Below are positions 49,500-59,156 of a stretch of 64,000 bases of DNA, piece after piece. A program made the translations under genes and the position numbers. The notes beneath the pieces were generated by a model. It searched no databases. It saw only the letters and a program-made list of their open reading frames with translations, and was not told the origin of the DNA. The stretch is taken from the NCBI GenBank assembly GCA_965261085.1, contig OZ253442.1, positions 3,616,001 through 3,680,000 of the forward strand. The letters run 5' to 3'. The first letter of the stretch is position 1; each line of letters begins with the position of its first letter. The DNA is from a bacterium (GTDB taxonomy: Bacteria > UBA8248).

Positions 49500-50897
49500 T
49501 CAGAGCAAACAAGAGACCAAACCGCTTACGTCCTCTCGCGCGTCTATCTCGTTGATCTCTTGAAAGAGCGCGCTTCTCCTGTCCACATCGGGGTGGGAGA
49601 AGCGCGCGCATTTGAGAAACTTCTCCTCAAGTTCGGACTCGTTCATCGGCCTCTCGATCCCGCCGCGCACTTGCGCAACCGTCGTCGAAAGCACCTCTCC
49701 ACTCTTGAGAAAGACCTCCACCCGTACGGGAACCTTGTGTCGTATCGAAGGGTCAATCACCAGCTCCATGCGCGGGACCACTTCGGCCACTCGGGCGTCG
49801 GCAATACCCTCCTCGGTAAAGGCGTCCAGAAACACATTCCCGCGCACCAGGGCGCACGCCATGTGATAGGGCAAGGAGAACTGGCTGTTCACCACGCCGC
49901 TCTCGCCCGGAACGAAGGGGCGGTCGACCAGCCGCGCTATCCACGGGCTGATGTGAGCACGCGCTTTCACCACATCATGAGACGCAATTTTCTTCTCGCT
50001 AATCATCTCCAAAAGGCCGTCGAGCACCCCGTGGCTGGCGCGGCAGCAGGGATACGGCTTGAAGCTCAAGTGTTCGATTTCGTAGCGAAAGCCTAAATCT
50101 CGCGCCAGCGCGTCGTTCGCGTATTCGTGCGAGCCATCGGTTTGACGCACCTCGTCCGGGTCGGTTCGCTCGTTTTTTCTGCCTCCGTAGAGATGAAAGA
50201 AACCGAACCTCCCCTCAAAGACGTCCTTTGCGCCCGTGACCCCGCGCGCCGCCAGTTGCGCCGCCACCACCCCCGCCTGGGCGGCGAAGCCGGCGTGAAG
50301 CCTTTTGGTGTGAGCGCCGTCGACCACCGATTGCAGCGTGCCCGCCGTCTGACTCAGGACGATTCCCAAAGCGTTTCGCACGCCCTCCGCATCAAGCTCC
50401 AACAATTTTGCCGATGCAGCCGCCGCCCCGAAAGCCCCACAAATCCCCGTCAAATGCCATCCGGCGTAGCGCTCCACCGAAAGACCGAGCCGGCACGCCA
50501 GGTCCACGCCCAGGATGAGGGCGGTGAGAAAATCCGCGCCGCTCACGTTTTCAGACTCCGCAAGCGCCAGCGCCGCCGGAACCACGCTCGCGCACGAATG
50601 CACCCCCGCCACGTCGTGCGTGTCGTCAAAATCCCGCGCATGGGCCATCGCGCCATTCGCCAGGGCCGCGAACGGGGCGGGCGCGCGAGTCCCGAAGGCG
50701 GCGACGGCCGATTGCGCCGCCCCTCCCCATTCTTCGATTTGCGCCACTAACTCCCGCACACCCGGGGCGGAGGAGCCGGCCAGGATGCAGCCTAAAGTAT
50801 CGATGAGGGCGCGCTTGGCGGAGGCCTCCACATGTCGGGGGATATCTTCCGCCCTGATATTTGCGATGAATTTTGATATGGGAACCACCGGATCCAT
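49500..50897 (-). CDS. MmgE/PrpD family protein
   Basis: DFDDTH, KRLHAG, KPYPCC and QFSLPY motifs. Confidence 0.93.
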   Translation of the reverse strand: MDPVVPISKFIANIRAEDIPRHVEASAKRALIDTLGCILAGSSAPGVRELVAQIEEWGGAAQSAVAAFGTRAPAPFAALANGAMAHARDFDDTHDVAGVHSCASVVPAALALAESENVSGADFLTALILGVDLACRLGLSVERYAGWHLTGICGAFGAAAASAKLLELDAEGVRNALGIVLSQTAGTLQSVVDGAHTKRLHAGFAAQAGVVAAQLAARGVTGAKDVFEGRFGFFHLYGGRKNERTDPDEVRQTDGSHEYANDALARDLGFRYEIEHLSFKPYPCCRASHGVLDGLLEMISEKKIASHDVVKARAHISPWIARLVDRPFVPGESGVVNSQFSLPYHMACALVRGNVFLDAFTEEGIADARVAEVVPRMELVIDPSIRHKVPVRVEVFLKSGEVLSTTVAQVRGGIERPMNESELEEKFLKCARFSHPDVDRRSALFQEINEIDAREDVSGLVSCLL

Positions 50898-51067
50898 ACG
50901 CCATACCCCAACTTGTTGCTTGCATTTTCGCGCATATGCGAAGCCAATGGAAATCCCCGGACCCGGTAGAGCCGCGCGTCCACCTATCTTATAATAATTT
51001 CACTATATCTTTTACGTGGAACATGACCGGGAATCATATACCCATCCACATGAGGCCGCATGGAGAA

Positions 51068-51979
51068 ATGTTCTTGAATCTTCAAAATTCTCCCACCGTC
51101 TGCGTGCTGGGATTCGGCATGGCGGGCAGGCCCATCGCCCGGGGACTGGCGGAAGCAGGCTTAGCCCAGGTTCGCGTGTGGAAAAGACCGCCCTGGCGAC
51201 CGGAACATCTCGACGCCTCCGATCATCCGGCCATCCGGATGACGGAATCCATGGAAGAGGCGGTGGGTGGCGCAGACCTCGTTCTCTCGCTCGTCACGAC
51301 GGAAAGCGCACTGGATACGGCGCGCAGCGCCTCTTCTTTCGTCCGAAACGCCGTGTACCTGGATTTGAACACCACGACTCCCGAGGTGAAGATGGAGATT
51401 GGCCGCGTCATCGAGGCGGGCGGGAGCCAGCCGATTGACGGTGCAATATGCGATCCTGCGGAGGTGTACGGGCACAAAGTCGTCACGTTGATCTCAGGCC
51501 CCGAGGCGCATTCCTTGAGCGAAGCCATGGCTCGCTACGGGATGCAGCTTCAGGTGCTCAGCAAGCGTATGGGAGACGCCTCCGCCCTCAAGGTCGTTCG
51601 CAGCGTATTCACCAAAGGGCTGATGATGACTTTCCTGGAAGCCATCGAGGCGGCGAGGCGCTGCGGGCTCGTGGAGGAAATGCTCGAGTCCATCGCCGGG
51701 ACGGTGGAGGGGCTCTCCCTGAGGGACCTGGCCCTGAGTCTGGCGGGCACGAGCCTCATCGTCGCCGAGAGACGCGCGCAGGAGATGGAAGGCGTCGTCT
51801 CGACTCTCGAATCGCTGGGAGTGGACTCGCACATCAGTTCCGCCGCCCTTGAGAAATTCCGATGGCTCAAGGGGTTTGATTTTCAAAGCGAACTCGGAGG
51901 GGTGCCGCCGGAATCGGTCGAAACCATGCTCCGCGCGCTCGGGAAAATTTTCGACGCCTCCCCGAAACACCCGGGCTGA
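51068..51979 (+). CDS. NAD(P)-dependent beta-hydroxyacid dehydrogenase-like oxidoreductase
   Basis: GFGMAG, DLN and ASALKVVRSVFTKG motifs; start uncertain. Confidence 0.85.
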   Translation: MFLNLQNSPTVCVLGFGMAGRPIARGLAEAGLAQVRVWKRPPWRPEHLDASDHPAIRMTESMEEAVGGADLVLSLVTTESALDTARSASSFVRNAVYLDLNTTTPEVKMEIGRVIEAGGSQPIDGAICDPAEVYGHKVVTLISGPEAHSLSEAMARYGMQLQVLSKRMGDASALKVVRSVFTKGLMMTFLEAIEAARRCGLVEEMLESIAGTVEGLSLRDLALSLAGTSLIVAERRAQEMEGVVSTLESLGVDSHISSAALEKFRWLKGFDFQSELGGVPPESVETMLRALGKIFDASPKHPG

Positions 51980-52179
51980 GATCACCCTCGCCCGCCTGAG
52001 AAAGAATCTCGATTTTGTGCATCTCTACCCTTGATTTTCCCGAGCGGCATCTGGTAGCATCGCTCTGCGCTTAGGGTATCCAGGTGCATTTGATTTGAAT
52101 AAAACGTGAATCGCCAGGGAGTCGTTCCCTCGGGGTTCCAATCGCAAAAATCTTCATCAGCCGTAGGAGGGAATCATCC

Positions 52180-52491
52180 ATGACATTTGTCATCGGGGAA
52201 AAATGCCTGGGCGAGCGCTATGCGACGTGCGTGAGCGTCTGTCCCGTAGATTGTATGCACCCGGGCGAGTACAAAGGGGAACCCTTCCTGATCATCGACC
52301 CGGAAGAATGCATCGACTGCGGGGTGTGTCAGCCGGAGTGCCCCATTGACGCCATCCTGGAAACCGAAGACGACGATCCCGTATGGGCGGAAATCAACGC
52401 GGAACTCACCGATGAATTCAAGAACCACGAGCCGGTCGAGCCGCGCCCGGCGAACGACCCGCCGAGAAGAGCGGACAACCAGTTGCGCTAG
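52180..52491 (+). CDS. 7Fe-type ferredoxin (FdxA-like)
   Basis: CVSVCPVDC and IDPEECIDCGVCQPECP motifs. Confidence 0.93.
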   Translation: MTFVIGEKCLGERYATCVSVCPVDCMHPGEYKGEPFLIIDPEECIDCGVCQPECPIDAILETEDDDPVWAEINAELTDEFKNHEPVEPRPANDPPRRADNQLR

Positions 52492-52508
52492 TTCCACCTT
52501 GCCGATTC

Positions 52509-52544
52509 AAACACCGCGGCCGAACGGTCGCGGTGTTTTTTTTT
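52509..52544 (+). terminator. Rho-independent terminator
   Basis: AAACACCGCGGCCG-AA-CGGTCGCGGTG followed by a T-tract. Confidence 0.85.
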
Positions 52545-52607
52545 CGCCTATGCAAAAGGCTTTCACATCCACCCCGTGATCCATAAACGGGAAACCCTGA
52601 GGGAGCT

Positions 52608-53588
52608 ATGGTTTTAAGTCCACCCGCAAAAGACGGCCCGCTCATCGCCGTCGCCGGAACGCGCTTCGGCCCACCCACCATTGAGGAGGAGATACTCGCC
52701 CCTATGGGTTCTCGCCTGCGTCTGGGTATGGGCGCGGACGGAGAATCATTGATCGAACTCTGCGCGGAGGCGGAGGGCGTCATTATCGGCGCGATTCCGA
52801 AATTCACCGCCGGGGTCATCGCACAACTAAAGCATTGCAAAATCCTCGCGCGCGGAGGCGTGGGGGTGGACAACATCGATCTTGAAGCCGCGCGGGAAAA
52901 AGGGATTCAGGTCACCTTCGTGCCCGATTACTGCGTCGATGAGGTATCGGACCACGCCATGGCATTGATCCTCTATTTCGCCCGAAAACTCGAACAAGGG
53001 ATCACGGAAGTCAAAAAAGGCGGATGGGGGATCGCCTCGCTCCGGCCCATCGCCCCGCTGCGGGGCGCGACATTGGGTATAGTGGGCATCGGGAGAATCG
53101 GCGCAGCTTTGGCCGGGAAGGCGCGCGCCTTCGGGATGCGGATCATCGCGCACGATCCTTTCGCGCCAGAATCCGTTTTCGAGGAGTCAGGAGCCGGGAA
53201 AGTCGCGCTTTCCCGGATATGGGAAGAGTCCGACTACGTTTCCCTGCACTCGCCCTTGACGCCCGAAACCCGGGGCATGGTGAACGCCGAAGCACTCGAG
53301 CGCATGAAGACGGACGCCGTTTTGATCAACGTGGCGCGCGGCGAACTCGTGGACGAGAAGGCGCTGGCCAGTGCTCTAAAGAAAAACGCCATCCGGGGCG
53401 CGGGCCTCGACGTGCTCGAAGAAGAACCCCCGCCTCCGGGTCACCCCCTGCTCGGGCTGCCCAACTGCCGCGTCACGCCGCACAGCGCGTGGTACAGCAC
53501 GGCGGCTCTCGAAGACATGAGGCGAAAGGCGGCGACAGATGTACTGCGCGTGCTGCGTGGGGAGAAACCACGCTATCCTGTGGAGTGA
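52608..53588 (+). CDS. D-2-hydroxyacid dehydrogenase (CtBP/SerA-like)
   Basis: GVGVDNID, GIGRIG, NVARG and TPHSAW motifs. Confidence 0.93.
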   Translation: MVLSPPAKDGPLIAVAGTRFGPPTIEEEILAPMGSRLRLGMGADGESLIELCAEAEGVIIGAIPKFTAGVIAQLKHCKILARGGVGVDNIDLEAAREKGIQVTFVPDYCVDEVSDHAMALILYFARKLEQGITEVKKGGWGIASLRPIAPLRGATLGIVGIGRIGAALAGKARAFGMRIIAHDPFAPESVFEESGAGKVALSRIWEESDYVSLHSPLTPETRGMVNAEALERMKTDAVLINVARGELVDEKALASALKKNAIRGAGLDVLEEEPPPPGHPLLGLPNCRVTPHSAWYSTAALEDMRRKAATDVLRVLRGEKPRYPVE

Positions 53589-53611
53589 TTGAATCTCGGC
53601 AGGTGGATGGG

Positions 53612-54460
53612 CTACTTTTCTATCGGAAAACCGACGACGCTGCCCCACTCCGTCCATGAGCCGTCATATATTTTCACGTTTTCATAGCCCAGCAGATACC
53701 GCATGGCGAACCAGACCAGACTGGCCCGGTGGCTCAGCCGTCAGTAGAGGACGAGTTCGATCTCATCATCGGGCGCAGCGCCTGCGCCGCTGAGAATTTT
53801 CCCGAGTTCCTCCGTACTCTTGTAGGTGTCGTCCGCATTCAGCAGTTCGCGGAAAAACAGGTGCACCGAACCCGGTATGCGCCCGGCGCGCTCGGCCCCG
53901 TGGTCGAGACCCGGCGGGGGCATCACCCGCTCGCCCCTGTATTCCTCGGGCGAGCGCACGTCGAGCAACACCCTGCCCGGCTCGCCGAGCCTGTCGCGGA
54001 TATCGTCCCTGCCCACGCTCAAGACTTCCGCTTCATCCGGCGCGGGGTGGGCGACGGCCACAGCACCCGGCGCCTCGCTCGAGACGGGCATCCCGTCGGC
54101 AATCCATTTTTTCTTCGCGCCATCGAGGAGCTTCAGATTCGTGAAGCCCGCCATCTTCAGGACCCAATACGCATAGGTTCCGAACTGCACCGGCTCACCA
54201 TAGAGAACAATGGTCGCATCCGGCCCAACCCCCATGCGGCCCAACTGCTCCGCCAACGCCCCGGGCGCGGCGAACGCGCGGTCCGTCTCGTGCCAAAGGG
54301 CCCCTTTCCAGAACCACCAGTGCGCCCCTGGCACATGGGCTTCACGGTAGGAGGCGTCGTCATTGGCTGATGAAACCTCGATGACGTGTACATTCGGACT
54401 CCCTAGGTGTTCTGAGAGCCACGCGGTAGAAACGAGCGCGGAATTATCGGTTTGCGTCAT
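53612..54460 (-). CDS. Two-domain sulfurtransferase (rhodanese) with in-frame UGA at the catalytic Cys; probable selenoprotein
   Basis: [18 protein letters not shown], then LY-UGA-RLSHRAS...YDGSWTEWG...IEK-TAG in one frame. Confidence 0.85.
53710..53730 (-). promoter_or_regulatory. Candidate bacterial SECIS element
   Basis: ACCGGGCCA-GUC-UGGUCUGGU hairpin; loop G-U begins 19 nt after the UGA at 53741-53743. Confidence 0.6.
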
Positions 54461-54526
54461 ATCTGAATACCCTCACTATAAGAAAACAAGTAGAAAAATC
54501 GCGTCATGAAAATCTTTTCAGAAAAT

Positions 54527-55951
54527 TCACCCGCCGAACATCGGGGGCTTTTCCCGCCGTATATCCGGCGTGGCTTCTTCGTACGCATGGGACGCCTGCA
54601 GCACGCGGGCTTCCTCCCAGGGCGGCCCCACGAACTGGACCGATACCGGCAGGCCATCGGCGCTGAAGCCGGACGGCGCGGCCATGGCCGGAAAACCGAA
54701 CAGATTGTAAGGGCCGGTCTGGGGCCTGCCGAGGCCCGAGAAGGGGACTTCCACCCCGTTCACGCTGCCCATCGTAGTCGCAATAGGCGCAGCGGGACAG
54801 GGGTAGCCCGGCGCCAGGAGGATGTCGATTTCACCAAACACCTTTTCCATCTCCCGGGTGACTATCCGCCGCTCCCTGCAGGCGCGCACGTAGTCATCGA
54901 GCGTCACGCGGTTCACCGACTCCAGGCGGTCGCGCACGTCCTCGCCGAACATTTCGGGATGCTCACTAAACCGCTCGCGATGCACCACCGCCAGTTCGGC
55001 CCCTGCGATCATGCCGCGCACCTCGTTCATCTGCTCGGCGTGTGGGTAGCGCACCTGAACGATGACGCCGCCCAGACCCTTCAAGGTTTCTATCGCCTGC
55101 TCGAAGCCATTTTGGACCGATTCGTCGTTTTCAGAAAGGTGCAGATCTTCGCAAAGCCCGAAACGCATCCCCTCGACGCCCTGGCCTATCAGGGCGCAGA
55201 AATCAGGCGTTTCCCGATCTTCCGAGCCTGGGTCCGCCGGGTCGTAGCCCGCCATGGCCTGGAGCATGAGGCCGCAATCGCGCGCCGTTCTGGCGAGCGG
55301 GCCGGCGTGGTCGAGGCTGGGAGAGTTCGGGAAAATACCGCGAAGGCTCACCCGCCCGTAGGTGGGCTTCAGGCCCATCGTTCCGCATGCGCTCGCAGGC
55401 CCCCGGATGGAGCCGCCCGTGTCGGTTCCCACGGCGGCGGGGCACATGAAGGCCGCGACGGAAGCACCCGAACCCCCGCTCGATCCGCCCGCAACCCGCT
55501 CGGTATTCCAGGGGTTCCGGCACGGGCCGTAATGGGGATTCACGGTGGTGGAGCCCGCCGCGAACTCGTGCGTGTTGCATTTCCCGATGATGAGGGCGCC
55601 CGCAGCTTTCAGCTTTCTCACGCACTCCGCATCTTCGGCGGGCACGTTTTCCGGGAAAAAACTCGATCCCTGCGTCGTCAGCACGCCCGCGGTATCCACG
55701 ATGTCCTTGATGCCTACGGGTATCCCGTGGAGCGGCCCCCGGTAGTTTCCGCCCTGAATCTCATCCTCCGCCTTTTTGGCGTCCTCACGCGCCTCATCCG
55801 CGCACACGGTGATGAACGCGTTAATCTCAGGGTTTAAGGCCTCGATGTGGCGTAAATGCGCGTCCACCACCTCGCGCGGGGAGATTTTCTTTTGCTCGAT
55901 CTGCTGGGCGAGTTCATATAATGAGAGAAAATTCAGTCCATCGGCGCTCAT
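54527..55951 (-). CDS. Amidase signature family protein (GatA-like)
   Basis: GPLHGIP, KD, GGSSGGS and GTDTGGSIR motifs. Confidence 0.93.
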   Translation of the reverse strand: MSADGLNFLSLYELAQQIEQKKISPREVVDAHLRHIEALNPEINAFITVCADEAREDAKKAEDEIQGGNYRGPLHGIPVGIKDIVDTAGVLTTQGSSFFPENVPAEDAECVRKLKAAGALIIGKCNTHEFAAGSTTVNPHYGPCRNPWNTERVAGGSSGGSGASVAAFMCPAAVGTDTGGSIRGPASACGTMGLKPTYGRVSLRGIFPNSPSLDHAGPLARTARDCGLMLQAMAGYDPADPGSEDRETPDFCALIGQGVEGMRFGLCEDLHLSENDESVQNGFEQAIETLKGLGGVIVQVRYPHAEQMNEVRGMIAGAELAVVHRERFSEHPEMFGEDVRDRLESVNRVTLDDYVRACRERRIVTREMEKVFGEIDILLAPGYPCPAAPIATTMGSVNGVEVPFSGLGRPQTGPYNLFGFPAMAAPSGFSADGLPVSVQFVGPPWEEARVLQASHAYEEATPDIRREKPPMFGG

Positions 55952-56110
55952 TTTCACCTCCATACCACCTGTGTGAATTTTATTTGGCTTCCGCCTGGTT
56001 GATTGAATATCACCTTACCATGACCGGGCGATCTTCGCCCTCACCGCAGGAGATTTCTTCCTCTTCCAAGTCGAATGCGCACTTGAATGGCAGCGCGTGC
56101 GGCAGAAAAA

Positions 56111-56481
56111 TCACTCCCCCCTCGAGGGGGAGTTCCGACCGAGAAGGGAGGGAGTGTCGCAGAAGCCGAGCCTATGGCGAAGGCTGATGCGGTGGGGGGT
56201 CAGCCCCGAGGAGGGGCTAGGACAACCACGGGGGGTTGTCCCCTACGAGGCGGTGCGGTTTTGTTCGTCATTCCGGCGCATGCCGGAATCCATGTGTTTT
56301 AACTTTGTTTTTTATTTTCTGATTGGTTCCCGCCAATGACGGGGAGATGAAAAGCCGGAGTATTGTCATTCCGCTTGGGAATGGCCAACCTCTCGGTTGT
56401 CACCAGCTTTCGCCGGAATGACGGCGGTGGTCAATTCCGAGCGAGGAGGGGCTTTTTCAACAACCCCCTCAAGGGGGGAGT
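56111..56481. repeat. Composite palindromic/MITE repeat; 56204-56467 duplicates 30728-30979
   Basis: Near-identical block with GTCATTCCGGCG...GCCGGAAT palindromes and an IS1182-type right TIR. Confidence 0.8.
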
Positions 56482-56683
56482 AATCAGAACCCAAGGGTGA
56501 GTGATTGTGCACACTTCGCCTTTTTTCTGACCAACTCGAACTCCCCTTAAGGGAGGCCCACTTGGCGAAGGCGCGCTGATTTGTTATGGATGGTTGCGGG
56601 CTGATGATGCAATACGCCCGATTCACGCGCCAGGAGCTTAAGAAAACTCGTGGCGCGGCCATCATTCCATGAGGTCAAACCAC

Positions 56684-57835
56684 ATGAACGGCGATACTTT
56701 CGACGCTCTGGTCGTCGGCGGTGGAATCAACGGGCTCTCAGCCCTTTATCACCTGAAGCGCCTGGGAGCGGAGCGGGTAGGCCTCGTGGAGCGCTTCTCT
56801 ATCGGCCACGACCGGGGCAGTTCGCATGGCGCCGCCCGCGTCACGAGAAGCGCCTACGTCGCACCCGAATACGTCCGCCTGATGCAATGGGTGCACACGG
56901 AAGAGTGGCCACGGATCGAAAAAGCCGTCGGCAAACAGCTCGTGTATTCCAACCCCGGAATCTACACAGGACTCCCCTGCGAGCGTCTCGACCGCTACAT
57001 CAACGCGGTGCAGCAAGTAGGCGTGGACGTGGAACTCATCTCTGCGGGCGAGGCGCGGGAGCGCTTCCCCCAATTCACGTTCGTAAACGCCGAAAGCGCC
57101 CTGCTGGACAAAACGGGCGGTTTCGTCTCGGCCAAAGAAGCCGTCGACTCACTCGCAGGCCTTGCCCGCGAGAACGGGGTGATAATCCACGAAAACACCA
57201 TCGTCCACGGAATCGACCCGACGAGCGATCCCGTGCGAGTCGAAACGAGCGCGGGAACCTTCAAGGCCGAACGCCTGATAGTCGCGGCTGGCGCATGGGC
57301 GCGTGAATTGCTGCCGTTCCTCAAGCCCAGGCTCAACGTCTCCCGCCAGACGGTGGGATATTTCACGCCCGGGGATGACCCCGACGCCTACCGGCCCGGC
57401 CGTTTCCCCGTCTGGGTGTATATGGAACAGGAAGAGAACGATCTTTTCTACGGGATGCCCGAATTCGGGCGCGCAGGCATCAAGGTGGCCCGGCACATGA
57501 GAGTCGGAGTGGATGATGATCCCGACAACCCGCCCGATGCCATCGAGCAGGAGAAGATAGATGACGTGAGACGCTTCATGGCGAGCTTCTTCTCCTGCAA
57601 AGACTGGACGCTCGCGGATGCTGAGAACTGCCTCTACACCAACGCGCCGAATGAGGATTTCATCATCGACCTACATCCCGAGAATCCGCGCATCGCGTTC
57701 GGGGCCGGATTTTCGGGCCACGGATTCAAGTTCTCCCCCCTCACAGGAAGGCTCCTGGCCGAACTGGTCTGGGAGGGGAAGATATCCATACCCGACGCCG
57801 ATCTGGCGAGGCAGCTTTTTTCGCTCAAGAAATAG
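56684..57835 (+). CDS. Sarcosine/N-methyltryptophan oxidase-like FAD oxidoreductase
   Basis: GGGING, GSSHG, CLYT and FSGHGFKF motifs. Confidence 0.92.
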   Translation: MNGDTFDALVVGGGINGLSALYHLKRLGAERVGLVERFSIGHDRGSSHGAARVTRSAYVAPEYVRLMQWVHTEEWPRIEKAVGKQLVYSNPGIYTGLPCERLDRYINAVQQVGVDVELISAGEARERFPQFTFVNAESALLDKTGGFVSAKEAVDSLAGLARENGVIIHENTIVHGIDPTSDPVRVETSAGTFKAERLIVAAGAWARELLPFLKPRLNVSRQTVGYFTPGDDPDAYRPGRFPVWVYMEQEENDLFYGMPEFGRAGIKVARHMRVGVDDDPDNPPDAIEQEKIDDVRRFMASFFSCKDWTLADAENCLYTNAPNEDFIIDLHPENPRIAFGAGFSGHGFKFSPLTGRLLAELVWEGKISIPDADLARQLFSLKK

Positions 57836-57888
57836 GCTATCTCTCTCCCTGCGAGAATCCGCCCCGCTACTAAAGCCTTATGCACCCA

Positions 57889-58701
57889 TTACCCCAGAAG
57901 CGCCCTTAGATTCTCGCCCGCCCGCCGGGCCGCAGTCCGGGCATCGGGTTTCGAGACAATCTGGCAGGTCAGATAGCCCGCATACCCTATCGAGCGGAGC
58001 GCCTCGATGATTTCGCCGAACGGGATGTGTCCGCCGCCGGGATACAGTCGGTTGTTCTCGGCGATGTGCATGTGGCCCAAATACTCTTTTGATTCGAGGA
58101 TCGGGTCGGTGAACGACGCCTCATCCACGTTCATGTGGTAGGTGTCCAGCATGAGCACGAGACCCTCGTGATCGAACTCCCGGCAGAGGGCCACGCCTTC
58201 CGCTGCCGTGTTCACGTTGTTGATCCAGTGGCTGCACAAGGGTTCGAGGTATAGTTTAAGTCCGCGAGCTGCGGCCTCATCCGCAAGACCCAGAAGCGCG
58301 TCGCGCATCCAGCGTAGCGAATCATCGCGCCGCTCGTTCTCGCAGAGATTCCCGCGTGAGGAGCCGATCACCATGCCGCACCCGAACCTTCGCGCCATAT
58401 CGAGCGCGTCCAGGTGGCGGCGATAGGACACCGCCCTGATCTCGGGCACGGGATGGCACAGCCAGATTTTATCCTGAAAACCCATGGCCGCCGTGTGTAT
58501 CATCGAAACCGAAAGGCCCCGGCGCGCTATTTCCTTTTCGATGCTTCCCAAATCGAGTTCATCCGGTTTTCTCACCGAAAGCTCCACGCCCTCGAAACCC
58601 GCCTCGGCCACGCAGGTGAGGTTTTCCTCGAGCGTTCCCTGCGCGCTGGGAAGGTTGGGGGTGGAAATATCCGGCGTGGCGATCTGGTAGCTCAGCTTCA
58701 T
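57889..58701 (-). CDS. Sugar-phosphate isomerase/epimerase (TIM barrel)
   Basis: LEP, DTYHM, H..ENNR.YPG.GH motifs. Confidence 0.9.
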   Translation of the reverse strand: MKLSYQIATPDISTPNLPSAQGTLEENLTCVAEAGFEGVELSVRKPDELDLGSIEKEIARRGLSVSMIHTAAMGFQDKIWLCHPVPEIRAVSYRRHLDALDMARRFGCGMVIGSSRGNLCENERRDDSLRWMRDALLGLADEAAARGLKLYLEPLCSHWINNVNTAAEGVALCREFDHEGLVLMLDTYHMNVDEASFTDPILESKEYLGHMHIAENNRLYPGGGHIPFGEIIEALRSIGYAGYLTCQIVSKPDARTAARRAGENLRALLG

Positions 58702-59156
58702 TCAGAAGACTCCTCCGCCCCCATCGCGCCCCAGGATACGGCGCGGCGTGGTGTTATCTCTATCATCCATTGGTGGATTTTGATGGGGCCGCGGTACTGC
58801 GCATATTTCTCACGAAGCAACTCCGCCGCCCTCTCATACGCTGCGGCGTCCGCCTCGGCGTGGATGATCCTCGCGCTCCCAAAAAGCAGCACGAAACCGA
58901 GTTTCGCCCAGTCGTCCTCGTAGTGATCCACCAGAAAAGAGACTTTTTCGTTTTCGCGGATGTTGTCGAGCCGTTTTAAGCGCTCGATGTCTTTTTTCTG
59001 CTTGCCGTCCACCGGAACGTATATTTTCCCGTCCACCACGGCGAAAACCACGGGCACGGCGTGGGGAGCGCCCTCTCTGTCCGCCGTCGCCAGCCGCGCC
59101 ACGCGCGCGCCTCTCACGAAGCGCCATTCATCATCAGAAAGCAAAGGCCCCGTCAC
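58698..59156 (-). CDS. PPOX-class putative F420-dependent oxidoreductase
   Basis: VARLATAD..G.PHAVPV, LKRLDNI and DHYEDDW motifs; GTG start overlaps the upstream stop. Confidence 0.85.
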   Translation of the reverse strand: MTGPLLSDDEWRFVRGARVARLATADREGAPHAVPVVFAVVDGKIYVPVDGKQKKDIERLKRLDNIRENEKVSFLVDHYEDDWAKLGFVLLFGSARIIHAEADAAAYERAAELLREKYAQYRGPIKIHQWMIEITPRRAVSWGAMGAEESSE

